Of a DNA stretch of 64,000 nt, positions 50,674 through 61,535 are shown piece by piece. Position 1 is the first letter of the stretch. Every line of letters starts with the position of its first letter. The position numbers and the translations under genes were made by a program. Below the pieces are notes generated by a model. It was not told where the DNA came from and ran no database searches. It saw only the letters and a list, made by a program, of their open reading frames with translations. The DNA comes from an uncultured delta proteobacterium (lineage in GTDB: Bacteria > Desulfobacterota > Binatia > JACPRU01), in assembly GCA_963745025.1 (NCBI GenBank), contig CAVUWD010000016.1, positions 704,001 through 768,000 on the forward strand, written 5' to 3'.

Positions 50674-51831
50674 ATGGACCCAAAGGCCGCCACCCGCGAG
50701 CACATCGATCGAGCACGCTCGACGCTCGTCCCGCTCAGCCACCGCATCCACGCCCATCCGGAGCTCGGCTTCGAGGAAGAACGAGCGGCGACCTGGCTCT
50801 GTGAAACCCTCGTCGATGGCGGCTTCGCGGTCGATCGGGGCGTCTACGAGCTGCCGACCGCGTTCGTGGCGCGAGCGGGCTCGGGCCCGCTCCACGTGGC
50901 GATCTGCGCCGAGTACGATTGCCTACCCGGCATCGGGCACGCGTGCGGCCACAACGTGATCGGCTCCGCCGCTGTCGGCGCGGGGCTTGCGCTCGCCCGC
51001 GTCGCGGACGACGTCGGTCTCACGGTGACCGTGATCGGTACGCCGGCCGAGGAATCCGGCGGCGGCAAGATCCTGCTGCTCGAGCGCGGCGCGTTCGCAG
51101 GTATCCACGCAGCGATGATGGTGCATCCCGCGCCGATCGACATCGCCGACCCCAAGATGCTCGCCTGGTCGCAGTTCGACGTTCACTACCACGGCAAAGA
51201 GGCCCACGCCTCGGCCTTTCCCGAGCTCGGCATCAACGCGCTCGATGCGCTTACGATCGCGCAGACATCGATCGGCCTCCTCCGCCAACACATGCGACCG
51301 ACCGACCGGGTACACGGCATCATCACCAAGGGCGGCGACGCCGCCAACGTGGTGCCCGCGCACACCTCGGCACGCTACATGGTGCGCGCCGAGAGCTCCG
51401 CGGGCCTCGCAGAGATCCAAGGAAAAGTGATGCGCTGCTTCGAGGCAGGCGCGCTCGCGACCGGGACGCGGCTCGACGTCCGACCGGCGGGCCCGCCGTA
51501 CGCGGAGATCGCACACGACTCGCAGATCGCCGCACTCTATCGCAAGAATGCCGAGCAACTCGGACGGGTCTTCCCGCCGCTCGGGTCCCGCGCTCTGGCG
51601 GGCTCGACCGACATGGGCAACATCTCGCAGGCGATGCCTTCGATTCATCCGACGATCGGCCTCGGCTGCTTCCCCATCGTGAACCATCAGCCGGAGTTCG
51701 CCGCCTACTGCGCGACGCCGGTCGCGGATCAGGCCCTCATCGACGGCGCAGTCGCGATGGCTTGGACCGCGATCGACCTGGCGAGCGATGCCTCGCTTCG
51801 GGCGCGGCTCACCGGACCATCACCGCGATGA
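50674..51831 (+). CDS. M20 family amidohydrolase (PM20D2/AbgB-like)
   Basis: HPELGFEE, EYD.LP..GHACGHN, GTPAEE, GSTDMGN. Confidence 0.9.
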   Translation: MDPKAATREHIDRARSTLVPLSHRIHAHPELGFEEERAATWLCETLVDGGFAVDRGVYELPTAFVARAGSGPLHVAICAEYDCLPGIGHACGHNVIGSAAVGAGLALARVADDVGLTVTVIGTPAEESGGGKILLLERGAFAGIHAAMMVHPAPIDIADPKMLAWSQFDVHYHGKEAHASAFPELGINALDALTIAQTSIGLLRQHMRPTDRVHGIITKGGDAANVVPAHTSARYMVRAESSAGLAEIQGKVMRCFEAGALATGTRLDVRPAGPPYAEIAHDSQIAALYRKNAEQLGRVFPPLGSRALAGSTDMGNISQAMPSIHPTIGLGCFPIVNHQPEFAAYCATPVADQALIDGAVAMAWTAIDLASDASLRARLTGPSPR

Positions 51832-51934
51832 ATGTCTACCCAGGGAGCGGCCGAAGACCTCGACGGGCAAGGTGCAGAAGTTCGCCCTGCGCGAGAAGGA
51901 ATGGGCGGGCCAGGACAAGCGGATCCACGACTGA
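51828..51934 (+). pseudogene. Deletion scar of an AMP-dependent acyl-CoA synthetase
   Basis: ATGA-coupled MNVY start, then out-of-frame PKTSTGKVQKFALREKEWAGQDKRIHD-stop (A10 motif). Confidence 0.7.
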
Positions 51935-51936
51935 AG

Positions 51937-52006
51937 AGGCTTCGGGCTTCGGGAAAGGCGCCACGGAGTCCTTTGCGGTAGCCGGTAGCCGGCAGCCCGG
52001 TAGCCT
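51937..52006. repeat. Inverted heptamer-array element, copy 7
   Basis: aggcttc gggcttc gggaaagg..gagtcctttgc ggtagcc ggtagcc ggcagcc cggtagcc. Confidence 0.75.
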
Positions 52007-52018
52007 GGAGTCTTCCTG

Positions 52019-54586
52019 ATGCCGAAAACTCGCCGGCCCTCGCGCTTCCGTCTCGACCCCGCGGTTCGTCCCACCGACTATGAGCTGCTCCTCGAGCCCG
52101 ATCTCCAAGCCGGGACGTTTCGTGGCGAGGTGCGGATCGACGTCGAGATCGCCCGGCCGCGACCCGCCATCACGCTGCATGCCGCCGATCTGACCGTCGA
52201 GAGCGCGACCATCGAGTCGAAAGGCTCCGTGCATCCCGTCCGGCTCAAGCCACGGCGCGCGGATGAAGCCGTGACGCTCGTCCCGGCTCGCCGCGTCGCG
52301 GGCAGCGCAACACTCGTGCTCTCGTTTTCCGGGCGGCTGGGCACACATCTGCGCGGTCTCTACGCGGCCGCATCCGACGGTCGACGGTATGCCTTCACCC
52401 AGCTCGAAGCGGCCGACGCGCGCCGGATGTTTCCCTGCTTCGACGAGCCAAGCTTCAAGGCGCGCCATCGGCTCTCGGTCGCCGCGCGCGAGAGCGACGC
52501 GGTGGTCTCGAACAGCCCGATCGAGAGCGAGGAGCCTCTCCGCGACGGCCGCCGGCTGGTGCGCTTCGCGAAGACGCCCCGACTCTCGACGTACCTGCTC
52601 GCGCTCGCCGTCGGGCCGCTCGAGGCGTCGGCGGTGCGCACGGTCGGAGAGACGCCGATCCGCGTCTGGCACGTTCCGGGCAAGGGCCACCTCGCCGACT
52701 TCGGCCTCGAGGCGGCCGCGGAGTCTCTGCGGCGGCTCGAAGCGTACTTCCGGATCCCCTACCCCTACGGCAAGCTCGACCTCGTCGCCGTGCCCGACTT
52801 CGAGGCCGGCGCCATGGAGAACGCCGGCGCGGTTTTCTTTCGCGAGACGCTCCTGCTTCTCGACCCGGCCACCGCTTCGCTCGCGGAGCGCAAGCGCGCG
52901 GCCGAGGTCATCGCCCACGAGCTCGCGCACATGTGGTACGGCGATCTCGTCACCATGGCGTGGTGGGACGATCTGTGGCTGAACGAGGCGTTCGCCACCT
53001 GGATGGCCTACAAGGTCGTGGACGACTGGAAGCCCGACTGGCGCATGTGGCAGGGCTACGAGCACGACCGTGCGGGCGCGCTGGCCCTCGATGCGCTCGT
53101 CAACACCCACCCCATCTATGCGCGCGTGCAGAGCGTTGCGGAGGCCACGGAGAACTTCGACGCCATCACCTACGAGAAGGGCGCCGCGGTCGTTCGCATG
53201 ATCGAGCACTACCTCGGCGCCGACACGTTCCGCGCCGGCGTCCGTCTCTACATGCAACGGCACCGCGAGCAGAACGCGGTCGCACGCGATCTCTGGCGAG
53301 CGCTCGAGGAGGCATCCGGTCGCGAGGTCGAGCGCGTGGCGCAGGCCTGGATCGAGAAACCGGGCTTTCCGCTCGTGACGATCCGCCGGGATGGCACGCC
53401 GAAGCTGGGCGTTCGGCAGGAGCGCTTCTTTTCGGACCCGCGGATCGCCGCGACACGCCGGCGCTCGGCCTGGCCGTTGCCGCTAGTCGTCAAGCGAGCC
53501 GGCCGAAACGGCGCCAACCTCGACCGCTTCCTCGTCGACGGCGCTTCGAAGACGATCGCGCTGCCGGTGCGCAAGGCCCCGACTTGGATCTACGGCAACG
53601 CCAACGCAGGCGGTTTCTACCGGGTGCTGCACGAACCGCAGGATCACCGCGCGCTCGTCGAGCGCCTGCAGGAGGCGCTCTCGCCCGTCGAGCGGCTCGC
53701 GCTCGCGGGAGACCAGTGGGCGCTCGTCCGCGCCGGTCGCGCGACGATCGAGAGCTTCCTGGACGTCGTCGACGCGCTCGGCGGCGAAACCGACTACGAC
53801 GTTCTCGACGGCGTCGGCGGTCCGCTCGGCCTGATCGACGACCAGGTCGTCGAGGGCGAGCTTCAAGAACGCTTCCGCGCCTGGATCGCTCGGCGCTTCG
53901 GGGCGCAGCTCGAATCGCTCGGCTGGACGGCGTCGCCCAAGGAGGACGACGCGCGGCGGCTTCGCCGTGCCGCGGTCGTTCGCCTCGTCGGTTCGATCGC
54001 CGAGGCGCCGCCCGTAGTCGCCGAAGCCCGCCGCCGCCTCGATGCCTACCTCGCGGATCGCGCTTCGCTGGAGCCGAACCTCGCCGACCCGGTGGTTTCG
54101 CTCGCGGCGCGCAGCGGCGACTCGGAGCTCTACGACCGCTATCGAAACGTGATCGCACGCGCCGCGACGCCTCAGGAGCGCCGACGGTTTTTGCTGAGCC
54201 TCGCCTCGTTTCGCCGGCGCGAGCTCGTCGAGCGCACGCTCACGGCGACCCTCGGAGCCGAGATCCCGACGCAGGACGTCGCCTTTCTCTACATGCGGCT
54301 CTTCTCCAACCCGGAAGGAGGCGAGCCCTCCTGGCGCTTCTTCACCAAGAACTGGAAGACGATCCGTCAGCGCATTCCGCCGCTCATGGTCTCACGTCTC
54401 GTCGAGGCAACTCCTTCGCTGCGCGAGCCACGCTACGCTCGCGAGGTCGCGCGCTTCTTCCGCGCCCACCCCGTGGCCGAAGCCCGGCGCTCGCTGAAGC
54501 AAGCCCTGGAGATCTTCCGCTTGAACGCCGATCTCCGGCGGCGCATCACTCCAGGGATCTCCCGCTGGCTCCGGGAGTCCGCCTGA
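52019..54586 (+). CDS. pepN: M1 family aminopeptidase
   Basis: GAMEN, HELAH-X18-E, YEKG, ERAP1-like C-terminal domain. Confidence 0.9.
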   Translation: MPKTRRPSRFRLDPAVRPTDYELLLEPDLQAGTFRGEVRIDVEIARPRPAITLHAADLTVESATIESKGSVHPVRLKPRRADEAVTLVPARRVAGSATLVLSFSGRLGTHLRGLYAAASDGRRYAFTQLEAADARRMFPCFDEPSFKARHRLSVAARESDAVVSNSPIESEEPLRDGRRLVRFAKTPRLSTYLLALAVGPLEASAVRTVGETPIRVWHVPGKGHLADFGLEAAAESLRRLEAYFRIPYPYGKLDLVAVPDFEAGAMENAGAVFFRETLLLLDPATASLAERKRAAEVIAHELAHMWYGDLVTMAWWDDLWLNEAFATWMAYKVVDDWKPDWRMWQGYEHDRAGALALDALVNTHPIYARVQSVAEATENFDAITYEKGAAVVRMIEHYLGADTFRAGVRLYMQRHREQNAVARDLWRALEEASGREVERVAQAWIEKPGFPLVTIRRDGTPKLGVRQERFFSDPRIAATRRRSAWPLPLVVKRAGRNGANLDRFLVDGASKTIALPVRKAPTWIYGNANAGGFYRVLHEPQDHRALVERLQEALSPVERLALAGDQWALVRAGRATIESFLDVVDALGGETDYDVLDGVGGPLGLIDDQVVEGELQERFRAWIARRFGAQLESLGWTASPKEDDARRLRRAAVVRLVGSIAEAPPVVAEARRRLDAYLADRASLEPNLADPVVSLAARSGDSELYDRYRNVIARAATPQERRRFLLSLASFRRRELVERTLTATLGAEIPTQDVAFLYMRLFSNPEGGEPSWRFFTKNWKTIRQRIPPLMVSRLVEATPSLREPRYAREVARFFRAHPVAEARRSLKQALEIFRLNADLRRRITPGISRWLRESA

Positions 54587-54768
54587 CGCGCTCGAAGACC
54601 CGAAGCCGCACCCAGCGACCCTTGGATCACTCCGAATCTGACCGCCGCCATACCACGCGATTCTCCCTCGAAACCTGCCGGCGGTCGATTTCATACCGAC
54701 TCGAGGGCCCTCCGACCGGGCGCGCTGAATTGCATCGCTGCCGCAAAGCTGCTTGTTTCGAGAACCCG

Positions 54769-55461
54769 ATGCCCGCACGCAAGCGCAACGGCTCCATGAC
54801 GCTTGCCGACGCTCTCGCCGAGGAGATCAAGGCCGAGCGGCTCGATACCCTGAGTGGCCCCGATAGGCCGGAGGGTCGGGCGCTCGGCGCCGCGGTTGGC
54901 GCCAGCGTCGCGCGGCACCGCAGGAAGCGAAAGATCGCGCTCGAGAAGCTCGCCGAACGCAGCGGCATCCGGCTCACCCTGCTACGCGCGCTCGAGAACG
55001 GGCAGGCGGTGCCGAGCCTGCGCGCGATCTGGCACCTGGCCACCGCCCTCCAAGTCCCGTTCGGCGCGCTGCTGGCGAACACGACGCTGTCTCGCACCTC
55101 GGATCCGGATTTTCGCATCCAGCGCGGCGGCCAAGGCCGTGTCATCTCTTCGGCGGACGGCCGTTTCCGCTCGCGTCCGCTCTTCCTGGAGGGCGATCCA
55201 CGCGCTCCCGAAGTCTACGAGCTGACGCTGGCTCCCGGCTGCCTCGAGGAAGCCGCGCCGCGCGCGCCGCGCACCTTCGAGCACCTCAGCGTGGTGCGTG
55301 GTCGCTTGATCGTGCGCTCGGGGAACGCCACGGCGGATCTCGGCCCCGGCGATGCGCTCTTCTTCCGCGCGGACCTGCCGCACAGCTACGAGAACCGGGG
55401 CGCCGAGGACACCGTCGCCCAACTCGTGATGAGCTACGCAGCGAACTCGCGCGCGCGCTGA
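54769..55461 (+). CDS. XRE-family regulator with C-terminal cupin
   Basis: LAERSGI...LENGQAVPSL; FRADLPHSYEN. Confidence 0.85.
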   Translation: MPARKRNGSMTLADALAEEIKAERLDTLSGPDRPEGRALGAAVGASVARHRRKRKIALEKLAERSGIRLTLLRALENGQAVPSLRAIWHLATALQVPFGALLANTTLSRTSDPDFRIQRGGQGRVISSADGRFRSRPLFLEGDPRAPEVYELTLAPGCLEEAAPRAPRTFEHLSVVRGRLIVRSGNATADLGPGDALFFRADLPHSYENRGAEDTVAQLVMSYAANSRAR

Positions 55462-55521
55462 CGGGTAACCCGAGGCCTGCAAAATCGCGACGGCCCTGCG
55501 CGGCGCGCGGCAGCCACTTCC

Positions 55522-55602
55522 CGGCTGCCCGCTACAGCTCACAAGCTACAGAAGAATCCACGAAGTCTTTCGCGGAAGCCCGAAACCGGAAGCGCGTAGC
55601 CC
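55522..55602. repeat. Inverted heptamer-array element, copy 8 (degenerate)
   Basis: cggctgc ccgctac..aagctac agaaga..gtcttt..ggaagcc cgaaacc ggaagcg cgtagcc. Confidence 0.5.
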
Positions 55603-55617
55603 GGACCCCGTCGCCGG

Positions 55618-56316
55618 CTACTCCCGCGACGCGTTCGCGCGCTTGTCGATCTCGGCGAGCGCCTCGAGCGCCGCTTGCTGCTCGGCTTCCTTCTTGGACT
55701 TACCTTCGCCGCGGCCGCAGAGCTGGCCGGCGATCGAAATCTCGACGACGAAGGCGCGATCGTGGTCAGGACCGCTCGCCTGCACGAGCGCGTAGGTTGG
55801 TGTTTCGCGGAAGAGCCGCTGTGTGATTTCCTGGAGCCGGCTCTTGTGATCGATCGGCGACTCGCCGCCCGCCCGCACGAGATCCCCATGAAAGTGTCGT
55901 CTGACCAGCTCGCGGGCCGCCGCGAAACCGCCATCGAGATAGGCTGCGCCGATCACGGCCTCGTAGGCGGCCGCGAGAATCGACGCCTTCTTCCGTCCAT
56001 CACTCTTCTCCTCGCCCTTGCCGAGGCGGAGCTCCGCACCGAGGTTCATGGCGGCCGCCTTCGCCGCGAGCACGCGAGCATTGACGAGCGACGCGCGCCG
56101 CTTCGAGAGCTCGCCCTCGTCCGCCGTCGGGAAGCGCTCCATCAAAAGATCGGAGATCGCCAAGTCGAGCACCGCGTCGCCGAGAAACTCGAGCTTCTCG
56201 TTGTTCTGGCCCGCGCGCGCGAGCGCGGAACGATGCACGAGCGCCAGCGCGAGGAGCTCCGGCTTGCGAAACGAATAGCCGATCCGCTCTTCGAGTGTCT
56301 CCTCGGCGGATCTCAT
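55618..56316 (-). CDS. rnc: Ribonuclease III
   Basis: NEKLEFLGDAVL, dsRBD KSRLQE...GKSKKEAEQ. Confidence 0.95.
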   Translation of the reverse strand: MRSAEETLEERIGYSFRKPELLALALVHRSALARAGQNNEKLEFLGDAVLDLAISDLLMERFPTADEGELSKRRASLVNARVLAAKAAAMNLGAELRLGKGEEKSDGRKKASILAAAYEAVIGAAYLDGGFAAARELVRRHFHGDLVRAGGESPIDHKSRLQEITQRLFRETPTYALVQASGPDHDRAFVVEISIAGQLCGRGEGKSKKEAEQQAALEALAEIDKRANASRE

Positions 56317-57374
56317 GGGTGCGCATCGGCCGCAAGCGGCCGATCGATCCAGCCGCCGCCGACGACCTCGTCTCCGCGGTAGACGACCACTGCCTGTCCG
56401 GGCGCGACGGCGAACGCCGGCTGATCGAACGTCACGCGCACGCGCCCCTCGCCTTCCGCGCGGACGCGCACGGGAAGCGGGGATTGGCGATAGCGGACCT
56501 GCGCGACGAGCGGCTCGTCTTCTGCCGCGGGCGCATCGATCCAGTTCCAGCCGCTGGCGACGAGCGCCGTGCAATGCGGCGGAGCAGGGCCGACGACCAC
56601 GCGGCCGACCTCCCCCTCGATCGAGCGAACGTAGAGAGGCGTCGCTGCGCGGAGGCCGAGACCGCGCCGCTGGCCGATCGTGAATGCCTCGACGCCATCG
56701 TGGCGTCCGAGGGGCCGCCCGCGCTCGTCGACCACTTCGCCCCTCGCCCCACCCAGTCCCCGAGTGCGCACGAGCGCCGCCGGGTCTCCGAAGCAGAGGT
56801 CCTGGCTGTCGAGCTTCTCGGCAACCGGCAGACCGCGCTCGGCCGCACGGCGCCGAACCTCCGCCTTGGTCCATTCGCCGAGCGGGAATACCGCGTGCGC
56901 GAGCTGGCGCTCGTCGAGCGTGAACAGAAAATAGGACTGGTCGCGGGTGCGATCGGTCGCGCGCCTTAGGATCCGGCGGGTTCCGCGGTGCTCCACCCGC
57001 GCATAGTGGCCCGTCGCCACGACGGACGCACCACGTTCGAGCGCCCAGTCGAGGAGTACTCCGAGCTTGAACTCGCCGTTGCAGGCCACGCAGGGGTTCG
57101 GCGTCCGGCCGCTCGCATAGGCCGCCACGAAGGGCGCGACGACGGCCTGCTCGAAGGCCGCTCGCTGATCGATCCGCGTGTGGGGGATTCCGAGGGCGGC
57201 GGCGACGCGTGCGGCGTCGCGGTGATCGGAGCAGATCCGGTCGTCCCGCCGCGGCGAATCCCACAACCGGAGCGACACGCCCTCGACTCGGTAGCCGGCT
57301 TCGAGCAGCAGCGACGCGGCGACCGAGCTGTCGACGCCGCCGCTCATGGCGACCACGGCGCGCGGAGGGGTCAT
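56313..57374 (-). CDS. mnmA: tRNA 2-thiouridylase
   Basis: SGGVDSS, PNPCVACN, ATGHYA, DQSYFL, DSQDLCF, APGQ. Confidence 0.95.
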   Translation of the reverse strand: MTPPRAVVAMSGGVDSSVAASLLLEAGYRVEGVSLRLWDSPRRDDRICSDHRDAARVAAALGIPHTRIDQRAAFEQAVVAPFVAAYASGRTPNPCVACNGEFKLGVLLDWALERGASVVATGHYARVEHRGTRRILRRATDRTRDQSYFLFTLDERQLAHAVFPLGEWTKAEVRRRAAERGLPVAEKLDSQDLCFGDPAALVRTRGLGGARGEVVDERGRPLGRHDGVEAFTIGQRRGLGLRAATPLYVRSIEGEVGRVVVGPAPPHCTALVASGWNWIDAPAAEDEPLVAQVRYRQSPLPVRVRAEGEGRVRVTFDQPAFAVAPGQAVVVYRGDEVVGGGWIDRPLAADAHP

Positions 57375-57384
57375 CGGGGAATCT

Positions 57385-58140
57385 CTACTTCTCGTCGCCC
57401 GCGACTTTGCGGAGCTCGGGCCGCTCGGTCTCGCTCCGCCCCTCGGCGCGCGCGGAAAGCTCGTCGACCTTCTTCTCCAGCCGCTCGACCTGCTCGAGCA
57501 CCGCGCCGAGCGCCCGGCTCACCGGATCGGGGAGATCCGCGGAATCGAGATCGATGACCGGCTTGCCGGTCTCGGTGTGCTTTCCACCGGTCTTCACGAC
57601 CTTGCCGGGGATGCCGACGACCGTCGAGTGCGCCGGCACCGACGTCACCAACACCGATCCGGCGCCGATCCGGCTGTGGCGGCCGACGGTGATCGGTCCT
57701 AGAACCTTCGCGCCGGTGAAGATGGTGACGGAATCCTCGATCGTCGGGTGGCGCTTGCCGCGTTGCGTGCTCGTGCCCCCGAGCGTCACTCCCTGATAGA
57801 TCGTGACGTCGTCGCCGATCTCGGTCGTCTCGCCGATCACCGCTGCCATCCCGTGATCGATGAAGAACCGGCGCCCCACCTTCGCTCCCGGGTGGATCTC
57901 GATGCCGGTCAGAAAGCGGCCGAGGTGGCTGACGAACCGACCGGGGGTCCGCAGGCCGTGCGTCCATAGCCAGTTCGCGAAACGGTAGACGAGAAGCGCA
58001 TGAAAGCCCGGGTACGCCAGCGCGATCTCCCAAACCGATCGCGCCGCGGGGTCGCGCTCGAAGATCGTCTGCACGTCTTCGCGCAGACGCGCCCAGGCGC
58101 CGAGCGGCTCGCCGTGGTCGTTTTGTACCGTCCCGGTCAT
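57385..58140 (-). CDS. cysE: Serine O-acetyltransferase
   Basis: [25 protein letters not shown]...KRHPT. Confidence 0.93.
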   Translation of the reverse strand: MTGTVQNDHGEPLGAWARLREDVQTIFERDPAARSVWEIALAYPGFHALLVYRFANWLWTHGLRTPGRFVSHLGRFLTGIEIHPGAKVGRRFFIDHGMAAVIGETTEIGDDVTIYQGVTLGGTSTQRGKRHPTIEDSVTIFTGAKVLGPITVGRHSRIGAGSVLVTSVPAHSTVVGIPGKVVKTGGKHTETGKPVIDLDSADLPDPVSRALGAVLEQVERLEKKVDELSARAEGRSETERPELRKVAGDEK

Positions 58141-59773
58141 CCGCGCCCACGAGTGCGGCTCGGTTCCTTCTTGGCCTCGTCGCGCCGCTTCTGATCGGAG
58201 TAGAGCTTGTAGTCGATCGAATCCACGAGCGCCTGCCAGCTCGCCTCGATCACGTTGTGGGACACGCCGACCGTGCCCCAGCGCTCGTGCGCGTCGCCCG
58301 ACTCGATCAGCACGCGAACCTTCGCCGCGGTGCCGGCCATGCCGGGGAGCACGCGGACCTTGTAGTCGAGCAGCTGGACCGAGGCGATCTCGGGGATAGA
58401 ACTTGGTGAGAACCTTGCGCAGCGCCTGGTCGAGCGCGTTTACCGGGCCGTTTCCGAAGGCGACGGCCTGCGCCCGCCGGCCGTCGAGGAATTCCACGGC
58501 CACCGACGCCTCCGAGGACGGCAGCTCGCTCCCCTTGTCGCTTCTCGTCGATGACGCGGAAGCCGATCAGCTGGAAGAAGCGGACGATGGCCGTTGAGGG
58601 CCCGGTGCATCAGCAGCTCGAAGGACGCCTCCGCGCCTTCGAACTGGTAGCCGGCGTTCTCGAGCTCCTTCAGCTGCGCGAGCAGCGCCTGCACCTTGGG
58701 GTCCTTGGAATCGACGTCGATGCCGAACTTGCTCGGCCTTGTCCAGGATGTTCGCCCTGCCGGCGAGGTCGGAGACCAGCACGCGCTGGATGTTGCCGAC
58801 CAGCCGACGGATCGATGTGCTCGTAGGTGAGCGGGTTCTTCCGCACCGCCGCGACGTGCAGCCCGCCCTTGTGGGCGAAGGCGCTCTGACCGACGTACGC
58901 CTGGCTCTTCCGCGGCTCGCAGGTTGGCGAGCTCGTAGACGAAGTGCGAGAGCTCCGTCAGCCGCCGGAGCTGCTCCGCGCCGACGCAGTGGCAGCCGAG
59001 CTTCAGCTGCGAGCTCGGCGATGATCGACACGAGGTTGGCGTTGCCGCAGCGCTCGCCGAAGCCGTTGATCGTGCCCTGCACCTGCACGGCGCCGGCTTC
59101 GACGGCCGCCAGCGAGTTCGCGACCGCGAGCTCGCAGTCGTTGTGGCAGTGGATGCCGAGCGGCTCGTCGACCGCCGCCGCCGCGGCCCGCGTCGCATCG
59201 GCGACGACAGCTCGGCAGGGTGCCTCCGCTCGTGTCGCAGAGGACCAGACGTGCGTCGCGCCCGCCGGCGGCCGCCGCCCGCAGGCACGCGATCGCGTAC
59301 TCGGGATCGTCCGCGCAGCCGTCGAAGAAGTGCTCGGCGTCGAAGATGACCTCGTCGGCGTGCCGCCGGAGATAGGCGACCGAGTCGTCGATCACCTCGA
59401 GATTCTCCTCGCGGGAGATGCGCAGGTCCTCGCGCACGTGGAGGTCCCAGGTCTTGCCGACGATCGTGATCACCGGGGTCTCGGCCTCGACGCAGCATGC
59501 GCGAGGTTCCGGTCCTCGGCGGCGATCGCGCCTGCCGCGCCGGGTCGAGCCGAAGGCGGCGATCCTCGCGTGCTGGAGCCGGAGCTTCTTCGCCTCGCGG
59601 AAGAACTCCTCGTCGCGCGGATTCGAGCCCGGCCAGCCGCCCTCGATGTAGTCGAACGCCGAGGTCGTCGAGCCGCTCGGCGATGCGCAGCTTGTCGTCG
59701 AGCGTGAAGCGACGATGTCCTCGCGCCTGGCAGCCGTCGCGCAGCGTCGTGTCGTAGAGCTGATGATCGCGCT

Positions 59774-59777
<4 letters not shown>
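58137..59777 (-). CDS. cimA: Citramalate synthase (frameshifted)
   Basis: [55 protein letters not shown]. Confidence 0.88.
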
Positions 59778-61028
<1,251 letters not shown>

Positions 61029-61046
61029 GGATGAGATCTCTTCACC

Positions 61047-61535
61047 CTAACGGGGAGACGGGAATCGCTTTCGTACCTCATCGAGAATCTCTTCGGCTCG
61101 CGCGCCTTCCCCCGCGAGGCGAATCGTCCGCAGATCTCCCTCTCCGGCCTCGATGTCGATCTCCAGCGTCCATGCCTCCCTCGGCTTGTCGAGCTTGCGG
61201 TACCACTCAATCGCCGTGACCCCGCTCGGAGCGAGGTATTCCTCGAGGCCGATTTCTCTTTCTTCGTTGGGCTCCACATGCTCGCCGAAACGGAAGAGGT
61301 CGATGTGATTCAGGCGAAGCCGCCCCTCGTGCTCCGCGACGAGGGTGAACGAGGGACTATAGATGACATCGGTCTCGAGATCGAGGCCCCGGGCCACGCC
61401 GCGCACGAGCTGCGTCTTGCCCGCGCCGAGGTCTCCCGCGATTCCCACGACCTCACCGCCCCGTAGCAAGCGCCCGAGCACCGTCCCGATCCTGAGGGTT
61501 TCGGCGGCCGATCGGCTCTCAATCTCGAGGCGCAT
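61047..61535 (-). CDS. tsaE: t6A biosynthesis ATPase
   Basis: GDLGAGKT, SPSFTL, HIDLFR, IEW. Confidence 0.9.
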   Translation of the reverse strand: MRLEIESRSAAETLRIGTVLGRLLRGGEVVGIAGDLGAGKTQLVRGVARGLDLETDVIYSPSFTLVAEHEGRLRLNHIDLFRFGEHVEPNEEREIGLEEYLAPSGVTAIEWYRKLDKPREAWTLEIDIEAGEGDLRTIRLAGEGARAEEILDEVRKRFPSPR

